Part shown: positions 14,201-26,545 of the stretch, piece by piece | Numbering within the stretch: position 1 is the stretch's first letter | How the letters are laid out: each line of letters begins with the position of its first letter | Assembly: GCA_002633005.1 (NCBI GenBank) | Contig: NMRA01000086.1 | Location: 348,406-412,405 of the forward strand | DNA length: 64,000 nucleotides | DNA from: Phoronis australis | Taxonomy: Eukaryota > Animalia > Phoronida | Direction: 5' to 3' | Notes under the pieces: model-generated | Seen by the model: the letters and a program-made list of their open reading frames with translations, nothing else | Told to the model about the DNA's origin: nothing | Databases searched by the model: none | Position numbers and translations under genes: made by a program

Positions 14201-17200
14201 TTATTTATGCCCAAGTGTTTCGGACTCGGATGCATGCGCCTAATCTCCAGTTTAAGGCAAAAGTAAATGTTGCTGGTACATCTAAATGGATTAAACTGGG
14301 TTAATTTCTGTGCATTTTATCTATTTTTTGTATTTCTAATACAATACATAAAGTTGTTACACATAAACACGCCTTCGACCAAGACTGAGCATTGATGACG
14401 TAGGACCTCGTCATCGTAATCTTATCAACTGAACCATCATTATCATTTGCCATTCATATCGAGGTCAGCCTAGTTGCCAACGTTATCTTTGTCACAACAG
14501 TCAACTTTACGTCTTCGATGCTGCGTTCATCACCTGTTTTCTTTTCTATCCTTGTGTGGTCACAGACTTACTCTTCTCGTTGAATCTTGAGTTACGCTGA
14601 AATGTCTGGATTTTTTGGAAAGCTGTTAACTTTTAAAATTTCCGAATGTAATCAAGTATTCAAAATTGTATGAAAAATAATTTGATTTTCATGTTTCCAG
14701 TTATCAGTATCAGGCCGGGTTTTGTTGTGAATGCATATGTATAATGAACAACTGGTTAATAATCGTGGTCACGTAATAACAGACTGGTAACAACCAGACT
14801 CCCAGACTTCCTAATAGTTCCTCTTTCAGGGAATGTATATTTTTTACGTGCTGACGTTACTTAGGTTTGGATAAAAGACACATGCATGAGTTGAATTCAC
14901 CAAACAAATATATTATATCTATAACGGTGTTCCACCGGAACATTGAGATTCCCAACTATTTTAGAATCGGCGCGATTAACACGGGACAGTTCTCCGGGGG
15001 GTATCATAGAAAAGACACCATTTCGTTCGTAGATATTTTCTCATAACATAAACCCTGTAAAATGCATATCTTTAGATTTAAATTTGAATAAAACACTGGT
15101 TTGGATTGTAATTTCAACACAACAAAACCTAAAAAATGAAGTATGAAAACCTGTAGCGTTCTGTTGCAAAAATGGACCCATGAAGTAAAATCCCGTTCAT
15201 GCTAATCTGGTGGTGCAAAATCCATCTATCTGAATGGCACCTTCTGTACATGCATAGTAAGTACCCCAGCAGTTGAAATTGCAGCTATTGCTCGGTTACC
15301 TGACTATAAGTAGATGACCTCGGGTCCACGTCCACCGTGGCCAGGTAGTCCGGTTTTCTGCTGGTCGGTGTGTTCACTCTGATGCAAGGCAAGTAAACAA
15401 TCTCTTCTCGTGGACCCTTCGTAGCAGCCATAGGCGTTGGGTAGCCTGGACCGTGACACGAGCTCGCAGATGCTAGGAGAAAAAAGTTTTTAAGGAAGAC
15501 TTGTAGTCTTTTGTGACGTTTTGGCTGTTGCAAGAAAAATTGCATAGTACTTCTTTGTTAATATTCACATCACAGAATATCGTAAGGTGGTTAATCTCAG
15601 CAAATATTTTATTTACCATTTCCAGGAAGTGGAGACCAACCTTTGTCATGGCGCTCACCCCTATAACACACCGGAGAAACTCACGCAGAAATATCCCTTA
15701 CAACGGAACCTGAGGCACTGTGACAGACATTTAAAGCGGAAGTGAAACAACAGATAGAAACTGGGTGGCGTATTTCGGTCATTCTTAAAATGTCCTAAGA
15801 ATGCCTGAGTGTGGTTGGAGTTCAAGTTCCGTTGTAAAGGCTTTCTGTCCGTGGTAAGAGCTTTTGCGGCTGAAGGCACTCAGGGCTACCTCCGTGACCA
15901 AGGATCGTATTTCTTTACTTGAAAGTAGTAATAGTAAATCTGTAAAACTGAATAGTTTTCAATTCCTTGATGATTGCAGTCTTAGTACGTGCACAAAAAT
16001 AATGTTCATGTGACTACGTTTTTATAAAAAAAATTGTTTTTTCTCACGTCGTGAACATTCCCTTTAAACAACTATCCTAACCAAGGACCAGTTTTATCCA
16101 CATTCTTTCAGGCACAGCTCCTATTCTGAGTTAGAGATGCATTGTTTTTCCGTCTGGCACGGCTCCGTTTTCAAAATCTTAATTTTTCGGCACTGAAAAT
16201 ATTGCATGGACCGATAACATTAACTGGAACTAATGCTGTAAGGGTGAACGAGAGGCCACAGGGTCCTGCCACACGGCTCAATATTATTGTTTGCCTTTGA
16301 CTATTGGATGCATGTACACGTCTTATCGTCGCGGATACTGCTATAGGTTTCTCTAGTGAATGCATCTAAAGTTTCATGTAGGCCTACTTGCTGATTCGAT
16401 TCTAGTCTAGTCCTTGGTCTACATAAGATGAATGTTCGTCACTGACGCTAAGACAAATTGACGTTTCTACAGGTATACCCATTGCCACCATGTCGCATAT
16501 TTCATCAACGTACAATTCGCTGTCAATTTAGCTTCAAGTGCATTTCACGATGCTTAGGGCATTTATGGTTTCAAACTGGCCGATTGCTGGGATACTTCAA
16601 GGCATACATTTGACACACATGTTTGTCTCTGCTGGTTCCAGCAATATTTGATGGTGAAAATGCAGCAAATGACTTGTTAGAACTGTGGGACTCGTCCTCG
16701 ATAGGCCGCAGATTAATGCATCTGATTTTTCACGAGAGTGTTCGCTTGGTTCCAATCCTGGTCATAGATGAGATGAACCTGCTTCTGCTTCGTTATAGCT
16801 ACTTTTAAGGAATTTTTTATAAAAGACCCTAGTTGTTTGATTTCTTAGTCTATGAGCGTTTTCAGTTTCATTATCTCGGAATTACACATTTTTTAGAGTC
16901 TGACACGTTTTCCGGTCATTGGGCCTAAATTTGCATTACTTGTTGTGGTATATGGTGAACCAGATCGAAATATTTAAATTTATCTTTCCAGCCTAGATGA
17001 CACAAATTTTGGTTCGTTGCTTACCGATGTTAAAATGTTTTCCACAGTTTTCAAATTTAACCTATTTTTGTGTTCGTGCTTGAATAATTATTTGTGAAAC
17101 TGTATGTCTACCACCCGGCTCATCGCCACCCGTTTCATCCCCGTTATGAGTTCAGTTAACCAAGCCGACGGAGTGACGTCACCCAGGCCGTTGAGCCGAT

Positions 17201-20200
17201 CGACTGACGTCACCAAGGCCAGTGCGAAACTGGCCACCCTCCCTCCGCGTCGGCAAAAAAACGGCCCGAGAGAAAAAATAGAACACCTCGAATCCAAATA
17301 GGGAGCCGGTGCAATGCCTGGGACCAAGGCGGTGACGAAATGGGTGCAACGAAGGTCTGCAGTGGAGCGAGGGACACGGAGTTTGTGCAAACGATGCATT
17401 TTATATAATAGATGTTGACAGCATGTTGGACCACTGTAATAACATTGCCCAAGTGATCTTGAGATTAAGCTGGGTTCCAAGTTCACGCACAGCAAAACAA
17501 CCATCATAGCTTCACCATAATTAGCCCTTTTGTGGTCAAAAATTTCTGTCATCCCCTGCCCCTTGGCAGAAATGGTTAATCCTTCTCAACTCAGTTTTAA
17601 TTTTGTCTGGGATTGTCCAACAATACTTGCAAAAGCCAAAACCGATCGTAATAAAAATACCGCCATCGAAAGAATGGAGGTTTCAACATTTTGAAGGCAC
17701 CTAATTGTGAATTACACGAAAGGGTTATTACCGGTGGTTTTACAGTGGCGGATCTAGGATATCGCAAGGGGGGCCCAACATTTTGTCCGGCTATAAGCAT
17801 TTGCGCAAACCACGATTGTAGATGCGCATAGCACCGCCCTCCCGCTCAGGAAATTTTTCTGTTATTTCCTCTGAAAATCAAGCATTTTCCTTGAGTCCTG
17901 AAGTATTATCCAAGAAAAAAAGCAAAAATAAATAAACGGAGAACGTGTCAAACAGGAAAAATGCAAGATACCAGAGACTCGAACACACAACCTAGCGATT
18001 AGAGCGCGCATACTTTACCACTACACCACCACGCTTAACTCCTTGATACTAAGAGACCTACTTGTTTATGGTCCACAGCGTTTGCGCGCGAAACCTACTT
18101 CTTTTTGTAATGCTTATTACACGTTTTATATTTCGTGCAATCGGTTCTTAACAAATTTGTTGTATTTACCAATAGTCTTCAAATGCCCAAAAGACCAAAT
18201 CCGTTTTTCGTGTTGGCAATAATGACGGGATTGCTTTGGAAATCGTCTTAAGTTAAGGTTTGACAAAGAGAGAATTATGAGTTTCTGAGTGATTCACTAA
18301 GGCTTCGATCAAAATTCACTTTTTACCAGCAGCTTCTGTTTTCTCATCGTCACTCAGGTTCCATTTTCTTAAAAAATGAAGTAAATTTTCTTCATTGCAC
18401 AGAGGAGCAGACGACGGAAACGGAGTCATAGTGCGCAGCGCCACTGCCGGTCGCTTGGGATATCGCGGGAGAGCCTATACTTAGCCATAGTTCCGTTACG
18501 AATAAGCCGTGTTCCGAATTTGACACTTGAAATTGGATCTGAGCCCCCCCCAACTCCCCCCAAACACTAAAATTGCACACATTTAATTGTTGTTTCATCC
18601 GTATGATTTTAATTACCGGGGTTAACTAATAAACTCAACATTTCCCTACGCTCTTGCTGTTTTATTTTTTTGCGGCAGCCAAGGGGGGAGGGGGGGGGGT
18701 CGGGCCCCCTGCCCAACCCTAAATCCGCCTATGTTTTAAAACGATAAAATGAGAATGCTTTTCCCCATAGCATCACAATAAAAGTATTTCTTTTGAAGAT
18801 TGTAGGTAGGAGTTGGTTGTAAGAATTTCGCACATGTCGCACGGACTGTCGGGGGTACTATTTTTGAGGGTTGTGTACACAGTACATGTGTAACATATTA
18901 TAGTATTCAAAGTACAACTGGCAATCATAAACCGTCATGTCAACAATTTTTGGAGTTCATGTTTAATTCATAAACTGTAATAGCTACCTCTGGAATGAAC
19001 CATAATACACGTTAATACAAAATAATTCTGAAAATTTATTTGGGGGAGACCCCAAACCCCGGGCCGTGGGATGCCCCGTCTCACATGTTTCTCCGGTTGC
19101 CCGTCAATAATCTTCAAACAAGCAAGCCTGTTGGATCGTTGCTGACAAGGTTCTGTTTTGTTAAACAACAAATTCATTGGTTTCTGATTAACACGTTTAG
19201 GTATGCGAATATCGATTGTTCCATAGATTACTGTTTTGACAATTGGAAGCTATTCTTGTAAGAGTTAATGCTTCACTGAACATAGTTGCAGTCTGGGGAA
19301 AAATCTCTATCATCCAATCTCCAAAATAGAAAGTACACTAAGCAAATTTTGTCTATCTGAAATAACTCTCAAAGAGATTACTGAAACCCAGACAGTTCTA
19401 CAGGGTGTCCCAAAATGTGCTAAGGTAACGAAATTTTGAACAAGAAATCTGCTTTACATTGTTGTAAAAGTCAATTCTAAGGTCTTTCAAATGGAAACAA
19501 GTCCCTTTGAAGTTTGAATTTGTAGAAAATGTTATTTGTAAAAATGTGGTTTTGAGGCTATCATGTTTTCACATACAAAATGAAGAACGAAGGCCATTTC
19601 TGGTCGTTTAAAGAGATTTCATCAAAAAAGTTCGATCACAAAAGCTTTATGGCTTTAGTCAGTCATGCTAAAGACACTTCAAGACATCTGAGATGTTGTA
19701 AAGCACCGCATGTAAATCAAGGCCAGTGGCAGAGTATGAGCAAGTACTAGCTCCAGTGGAGCTAGTACTAGCCAGGATCGATAGGTAAATTTGTTACTGA
19801 GGAGGACCTGCAGTCGTGGAGTCAAGTCATATACGATGTACACCCAAGCAGAAAGTGTGTATACCCTGAACACCCCACCTTCCAGAAGAAAATCTGATCA
19901 AGGTATTGACTTCAACATTTCACGGTGGATATTGGCTCAGTTTGGACAGGCCAGAATTGATAACACCCGGAACCTTCGACTTCAAGAGCCACAAGATCAA
20001 TTGGGTCACAGTTGTAGTTTAATGACCCAACTTTGCTTTCCTAGTGCACACCATTTACATCTATTATATATTTTATCGTAGTTAATCGTAGTTTGTAGTT
20101 GAGGTGAAGTGACAGTAGTCAGTCCAGTGGCGTAGCGATCTCCTTGCCACGGTCGACACCAGTCACTAAGTGGCGCCCCCCATCCCCGGTTGGTAGCTGT

Positions 20201-23200
20201 GTCAAACCCCAATTAACGACACCTGTTTAGCACCTCCCCTCCCTTCGGCAGGCGCCCGGTGGCATTTAACCCTCTTGCTACGGCGCAGAGTCAGTCACTC
20301 GGTATGTTTGCTATGAAGTCCAGACCGTTGTGTTGAACTGTGTTTACCTAGTGTCTGTCATGAACTCAGTCATTAATGAAACTGTCTTTCATGATTTTTT
20401 CTCTTGACCTTGAATGCATGCCTTTTCATACCATTAATGATCGCGATGTCAGATATACTCAACATTTGGGTGGCCGCCTCCGGTGTGGAGATTAAAATTC
20501 GTAGCAACCTGCGGGGACATTACAATACGAACGCAAAATTACAATGAGTTTTGACCGAGTTGAAGATTTTTTTTTGCACTGAACAGAGGGCCATAACCCC
20601 CTTAGGTGCATCCCTTCCTGTGCCAGTGGCTCTCAAATATCACGAGAGGCAGATTCGGCTGGTAGTGGCGTCCACAGTCTCCATGTAAACATAGAGAATC
20701 CCGGTACACGAGTCTGAGGCTGATGACATGGCCAAAACCTTTTGGAAATTTCGTCAAAATCCCGAGGCTTGCCGAGGGATTTTGACGAAATTTCCGAGAG
20801 GTTTTGCCCATGTCATCAATATGAGACGAGTGTAAGATTTGTTTTCTCACATTAACCCTAAAAACGATCGTTTTGCCGAAAAACACGACGTGTCTAAAAC
20901 TTTCAACCACATGACGCAACTTATGTAAAAACTCTCTTGCGCAATGTAAAGTAATTCAGTTACTTTTTGTTAATAGCTTTATTTTAAGCTTAACAATTGT
21001 AAATTGCATTCAGCTTTCGTAGCCAATATTCAAGTTAGAATCTAATAAATAGTATTTGAAGGAATATTAAAACTTAAAAACGTTGATAAATAACAGTCAG
21101 CAAGGCTTCCCCGAGCGTGAGTAGGCCTACTGAATTGACCTTTAGACAGCACAGCCAGACAGTCTCGCCGCGTTACTTGAGTTGGGGCTCGTCTCCGTTT
21201 GAATGTGGATATGGAATTCGTCGCCGAAGATGGGCCCGTTTAAGAACTTGTTTGTATGTCTTTCCGAGTGGGAGTACGTACAGTTGCGACACCCGATTTG
21301 TCAATCATAACCTTGTCACCTCGGAATTCCGGCATTGTTTGGTTGGCGCGCGTTTGGTTGTTTTAGTGTTTTGCAGACGATAAAATGTAAAGCGTATGGA
21401 TTTCTACTTTGCACTACTTTGTGGTTTGCCCATGTAATATCAAAAAATTACGTACTGGGTGTTATTAACTAGTCGTGTCGTAACACATTCCAGGTCATGT
21501 GAGAAAGACAGCTACGCCATCTATCACTTAAACGAAGCCCGCAATATTTTTGTAATAAACCAATAATCATCAGTGTGATTTTGAGAGAATGGTAATTGGT
21601 AGTGCTGTCTGTTTTTTCCCTAAAATACGAGCTAATTACACGTTTCAAGAGGCCCCATATTGGTGGCTGAGGCAACTGAGATCAGGCAAATAGGATGAAG
21701 GGCAGTTCGTCTGATGCTTCGTGAGCAAAAACTACGAGAGAGGCAAGTTCTTTTATTTTAGATTATGAAGAGGTTAGGAATGACTAAACAAATTATTATA
21801 AGGTCAGTTTTGAGAAGGTGCAATATGGTTGTTACAGAGTGCCAAATTTGGCCGAAAATGGCTTAATCGAAAACCTAAAAAATAGCCTTGCCACACAAAA
21901 TCAAAACAAACAAATTTAAACATGAATTATGCCAATAAATTTTTCAATCACAGTCCATTAAAATCGTATCACTCATTTGTTATCAGCTAACATGTATATA
22001 TCAGTGCTAGTAAAATGTATTCAAAATGTCTACTTCGGCGCCCAACTTTGTTGCAAAATGGAGGTACATGTCATAAAAAGAGAAATAATTGATGGAAATT
22101 CTTGAAAAGCGAACTACATCTCACCAAACCAGACTCGTGTGGTAAGTCTAAAAAAACGTGTGATTTTGGGTATAGAGTCTACCCGTTGGTTTTTATACGG
22201 AGTCACTCTTAATTGTCTTTGCACTTTCTTGGTGTTTTTTATTTTCCAGTAATATTGCGCCATAAAATTTCGTTCTCAAAAATTGAGTCGTTCTTTGCAC
22301 ACAGAGCACGTGATGACTCACGCACCCACTTTTAGAACAAGGTGTAACTATACAGTAGGCCCGGGTGCAGAATTTAATCCATGGGAACTGAATTTGAACT
22401 CGCTGCGTTGTATTGAAATGTGAGTAGGCCTACATTTTTGAACACCCTGTGTATCATTTGACCCATTTGTGGTGGCGAGAGGAAGGGGGAGGAGGGGGGG
22501 GGGGAGTTTGGCAAAGTCGAATGTGTAGTTGTGCATTGGTTTTCCAGGGATCAAGTTAATGACCCGGAGAGATACAAAACATATATCACACACTTGACCT
22601 AGAATTATATTTGACTTTCAAACGTAGGCTTCATAGAAACACTTTTTGATACACTATTGATTTTCTTCAAATTTGGCTATAAATCCGCTTTCATCATAAA
22701 AACCACGTTTGATTTGGACCACTTGACGTTATTAATTGATTTTTATTCAAATTAGGATGTATTTTGAGCTTCGGTAGAACTAGCGGTATTACTTGAGACA
22801 ACGAATAGGCCCTAAAAGTTGACTTGTCACGGCAAGTTATTTTAGGTGGCACTCAATAGTTTTTTGAGCCACAGTTGAATTTTAGCGCCTCTTGGGTTGG
22901 TTGGGCATTTTAAATTTTGTACTGCATTCTAAGTGAAAGGTTTCCCAGTTTTTACACAGTTGTAGATTCTCTTAATTAAACCTTTACTACTTGCAAGGAA
23001 GAAGTTAGCATGAAATTCAGGTACCCTTCAGACACTTTGGATTTGTAAACTATCTGGTCGACAACAACTTTTCACCCGAGTTCCACAATCTGGAAAGTTG
23101 TGGCACTGTATGAATGCGCTGTCGCTCAATTCGAAGTGCTCGCATGCGCAAATAGTGACTTTCGCGTGAAAACTAGTGATTTGATGTATTTTTGATTGTT

Positions 23201-23659
23201 TTAAATAAAAGATTAAAATTGGTTTTGGGGTCAGTTTCAGTGGAATTCGTGTACGGTTTTAAGGTTTTTGGAGTCCTTGTCCCAGTTTCATCTAACGTAT
23301 GTAGGGCCTAAGTCTACCCTGGTTACGATTTATTGTTATAACGTACAGATTTCAAAGGTGTTCGTTGTAACGATGCTCGACTGTACAATAATGCGAGGAT
23401 AATTTTACCAAAATCGCGCCCATTGTAAATGCAAAAGGTCCATAGGTCCTTCAAATTGGCCCATAAACTTGAGGCCGCGTGGGTCACTTCTCATACTCTT
23501 GATTTTCTAATGATCCCTGTAAAGGATTTCGTAAGGACTACATCGGCTTTTGTTGATGACTTACGTTGTTCAAAGATAGCATAGGTCGATGCTGCAACCT
23601 CGCTTTGGTTGTGCCGTCAAGCGACACAATTTCAAAAAAGGAAATGTAAACTTACCCAT
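5085..23659 (-). CDS. SELENBP1: Selenium-binding protein 1 / methanethiol oxidase paralog A, 11 coding exons, ~480 aa, ends in -SKL
   Basis: Exons 5'->3': 23656-23659 (ATGG, tentative), 15300-15472, 13882-14067, 12556-12676, 11633-11815, 8964-9145, 8182-8260, 7825-7946, 6583-6648, 6097-6242, 5085-5265. All introns are GT-AG and phase-compatible; total 1443 nt. Family motifs [71 protein letters not shown]. Confidence 0.95.
6097..6242 (-). CDS. SELENBP1: SELENBP1-A exon 10
   Basis: [48 protein letters not shown]; 146 nt. Confidence 0.95.
6583..6648 (-). CDS. SELENBP1: SELENBP1-A exon 9
   Basis: [22 protein letters not shown]; 66 nt. Confidence 0.9.
7825..7946 (-). CDS. SELENBP1: SELENBP1-A exon 8
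   Basis: [41 protein letters not shown]; 122 nt. Confidence 0.95.
8182..8260 (-). CDS. SELENBP1: SELENBP1-A exon 7
   Basis: [26 protein letters not shown]; 79 nt. Confidence 0.93.
8320..8600 (+). repeat. Old dispersed repeat (other copies at ~75-320/681-740 and ~37735-37850)
   Basis: Shared blocks GGGACATT, GGAATCGA, CCTTGATTT, AATTTGCAAT, TGGTCAAAG..AATAAC. Confidence 0.55.
8964..9145 (-). CDS. SELENBP1: SELENBP1-A exon 6
   Basis: [12 protein letters not shown]...[10 protein letters not shown]...FFMKP; 182 nt. Confidence 0.95.
9303..10005. mobile_element. 703-bp foldback MITE with 8-bp TSD (hAT/P-type)
   Basis: Two ~340-bp arms form a near-perfect palindrome. CAYAGGCG termini; TSD GTTTCTCT at 9295-9302 and 10006-10013. 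Confidence 0.9.
10688..11196 (+). mobile_element. ~500-bp non-autonomous TTAA-type (Kolobok-like) element, copy 1
   Basis: Aligns by eye with 47183-47680 and 48940-49435; ends TACATACCC|TTAA. Confidence 0.65.
11335..11590 (+). repeat. Diverged dispersed repeat (second copy ~50157-50420)
   Basis: Shared GTCTCAA..TGAGGTGATTT..GGCGTGAT..GCATGG..GGACAAG..GATTGT blocks. Confidence 0.5.
11633..11815 (-). CDS. SELENBP1: SELENBP1-A exon 5
   Basis: [18 protein letters not shown]...[21 protein letters not shown]...DVEK; 183 nt; not in the ORF track. Confidence 0.95.
12556..12676 (-). CDS. SELENBP1: SELENBP1-A exon 4
   Basis: [40 protein letters not shown]; 121 nt. Confidence 0.95.
13882..14067 (-). 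CDS. SELENBP1: SELENBP1-A exon 3
   Basis: [25 protein letters not shown]...PRIFK; 186 nt; ag/gt flanks. Confidence 0.95.
15300..15472 (-). CDS. SELENBP1: SELENBP1-A exon 2
   Basis: ctag|..[14 protein letters not shown]...[18 protein letters not shown]|gtaac; 173 nt. Confidence 0.93.
17743..18733 (+). mobile_element. CAGTGGCGGATCTAG-family MITE carrying internal insertion(s)
   Basis: TIR CAGTGGCGGATCTAG / CTAAATCCGCCTATG; both ends homologous to the shorter copy at 42295-42623; related ends at 1-31, 29597-29744 and 42083. Confidence 0.75.
17967..18030 (-). repeat. tRNA-derived (SINE-head-like) segment
   Basis: Minus strand GTGGTGTAGTGGT (A box)...GTTCGAGTC (B box); no complete cloverleaf. 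Confidence 0.5.
20125..20288. mobile_element. 164-bp hAT-type MITE
   Basis: CAGTGGCGTAGC...GCTACGGCGCAG termini; 8-bp TSD AGTCAGTC on both sides. Confidence 0.8.
20705..20835. repeat. ~130-bp hairpin / inverted repeat
   Basis: TGATGACATGG..GGAAATTTCGTCAAAATCCC vs GGGATTTTGACGAAATTTCC..CCATGTCATCA. Confidence 0.8.
23656..23659 (-). CDS. SELENBP1: SELENBP1-A candidate coding exon 1 (ATG G)
   Basis: aagaATGG|gtaagt, a perfect donor. It supplies the single base needed by the phase-1 acceptor at 15472, giving [12 protein letters not shown]. Confidence 0.6.
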
Positions 23660-25540
23660 TCTTACGTCGATTTAGCTCGCTTCAGTGCGCCTAGATCATC
23701 GCCGAATGCAATCGCTCAATGACAGGGTCACATTATCATGATTTTAACCTATTTGCGTTTTTTAAGATAACTTAGGTCATGGTACAAAGAGCACCGCTGT
23801 TTACTAAGCTTAGCAGCCAGACGGGTACGAATGCTTACCGATGAGCAGCCGACTAAGGGAATGATGGCGACGATGATGACGATGACGAGTATGGTATTAG
23901 GCAAATGCCATAAAAAGACAGGCCAATTGTAACTGATTGATCAAAAGTTGATGATGTCACAGTTGGACCCAGTAAATTAATACCAATGCACTATGTAACA
24001 TTTATTGAGTCATCATACATATCGTGTAATATATACAACATAGATATCTACTTTTAGTCATAGTCCTAAGTTGACAATATACACTTGTAGCACTAGGTAC
24101 ATATATTTTCACATTTATATCGCCACTTTTATAACAAGGCAATGGAATCGTTCAACGCGAGCCAAGATTGGAAATTGATTTCACCATCGCTAAAACGATC
24201 ACATGTATCGTGCTGGAAGCGCAAGACACATTCGTGCAAGTTTGCACCATCCCCTTAAAGATGTAACATCTCATTAAAACCTTGACAATACAATAAGATT
24301 TCTGTCACTACATTTCCTAAATGGAATGGAATCATGGGAAAACCACCAAACTGCCAGCGTAGACTTTCCCGTTACCCTAATGGAACGTCGACTAGATCAA
24401 TTTGAATGCTTTGTTTATCGAATCAAAGTCTCCATAAAGTTAGCAGTCACACAAATTCGGGAGATTTCGTCTTCGACAAAACTTTCTAAATTAGCGGCGC
24501 TGGTGTCGTTTTAAATTCATTGTGGGACGGTTGTCGGATTTTATGCAATCGACGTGGCCACAGATAATTCGGTGGGGTGTGTGAGTAACATGTATGAAAA
24601 CAATACTCGAGCGCACCAAAAGCATGTTGCGACCACTGCAACATGCTTTTGGTGCGAGTTCGACAAGTCAGCCACACCCAAAAAATGACCTGACAGAAAG
24701 CCTCAAAATGCGTCCATAACGCGGACAAAGGCAGCGAAAGCGTCATCTGATCTCACCGTTCCAAACGCAAAGTATTAATCAGATTACCCGGCCACAAGTT
24801 CAAAAGTTATCTGTGATGTCACCGGTTTGCCAAAATAAACGACACAGAGCGATGACCCGTCCCCATAAAATTGATGGGTGACGGTTACCTAGGCCCGGGA
24901 GTAGGTGACAAGGGACGGATCATGATTTTGCAACTTATGCATCCAATGAATATAATACACTTTTACCAAATCCTTTGCGCGAAAGGTTCTCAGATCACGC
25001 ACGACGAACTTAAATTTCACCACCTAAAATACCTCGCCTGCATTCTGGAGTCGCCACCTAATTGGAGGCCTACGTTCAGTACACTCAATGAGAGATTCGC
25101 CGAAAACGTCAGCTTACGCAAGTCTTCGAGATCGAGATATATCGTCATGCATTACAAGCAAAGCACGTGATCACATTAACTTTACTCGTAAATTTTTGCA
25201 TTTACGGAATACAACCCACGTTTTACACGTCTCCTTTAAGGGATTATATATCAGTACATTGTCCAAAATGTATCGGTTCCGACAAAGCATCACTTGAGCG
25301 CTGCGAAGAAACATGCGATGTCAGCGGACGAGCTGACAAAAGTCGTACAATGCCTTACACTCATTCACAGTGCTACGAAAGGTAGCACAGTCGAATGTTG
25401 TTTAACATGGCTTCTCATTGGTTAAAGTATGAAACGACGTCATAACATTCAGTTACTCCCATTGGTTGAAAGTTGAGAAACCCCTTTCAGATACAAATTA
25501 CAAATTGGAATTCGTATTACTAAGTCGTTGCCCATAGATA

Positions 25541-25980
25541 CCGGGATTTTCCGTAGATAAGCCTACCCGCCCATGGGCGCTTATTCGGAAATTCATGCCA
25601 CATAAACGCCCATGTGCGTTTATTGGTGTTACAACTTCTGATGTCAAGTCTCCAGATTGTGGGGCGTATATTCGGAAAATTTCTTCTTAGAAGCCCACTC
25701 AACGTCAACTTTTTATCACAAATTCAGTTTTGTGGAGCATTTATCATTTATAAAAACGAGCAAGGTGTTGACGAACTGTGCATTTATTAACATAAAATTA
25801 ACAACACAGTTTTAAGTAAAAATGTCAAACAGTCAGTCAGCAAAACTATGACTTTCTGTTTGCACGTTCCCCTTTTTCGGATAAACGCCCGGCGTTTATT
25901 TGGTGTTATTTAAACGCCTGAAAATTTTCATTTTCCGAATAGTTATACAGGCCCATGGGCTTATTTAGGAAAAATCCCGG
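25541..25980. mobile_element. 440-bp Tc1/mariner(pogo)-type MITE
   Basis: TA|CCGGGATTTT...AAAATCCCGG|TA; internal ATAA(A/G)CGCCC repeats. Confidence 0.8.
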
Positions 25981-26364
25981 TATGAACTTTTCGTAAACGT
26001 ACAATTAGTTTGCTATATTTTTATTGTCAGATTTGCTGGCAAGGAAGGTTGGAATTATGAAGTTCCGGCGTCAATGCCCACACACAGAATTCCGTGAGTG
26101 GTTCATCACATTTCCACAGGGCCACTTTTCAGTATAGGTGTTGCTGTGTGAGAGGGTAACAATGCCTTTGAAAAACGATCACCAGCGGCGCTAGAGAGAA
26201 AGTTTTGCCGTAGATGAAACCCGCTAAATAGGACAGCTATGTTACATTATAGCCTTATAGGTGGCGCGGCCTACTCTACCGAACACACACTTGCAATACA
26301 CTGGTTAGTTCGAACAATTATTGCTTTATCTCACGTTACAAGCTAGGGCATGCAGATGTCGCTT

Positions 26365-26545
26365 TTAGAGTTTTGCTGTACTCTCGAGATAGATGTCACT
26401 GCTGCAGTCTCCTCCTGGATATCGAATTTCGTGAGCAAGGGCGGGTCCACCCGGCTCGTTGCCAAAATCAACTAAGAAGTTTTTGTTGATCGTTAATCCA
26501 CCCGTCTCCGTGTTAACATCAATCTGAAGTAAGACCGATCCTTCC
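26365..26545 (-). CDS. SELENBP1: SELENBP1-B exon 11 (terminal, -AKL stop)
   Basis: [11 protein letters not shown]...[26 protein letters not shown]; 181 nt. Confidence 0.95.

Noticed and set aside
23839-23935. Signal-peptide-like frame (ILVIVIIVAIIPLVGCSS) ending at a gtaagc donor upstream of SELENBP1-A exon 1
   Set aside because: No in-frame ATG after the upstream stop, phase incompatible with exon 2, and the hydrophobicity comes from a (GAT/GAC)n simple repeat. At most a 5' UTR exon.
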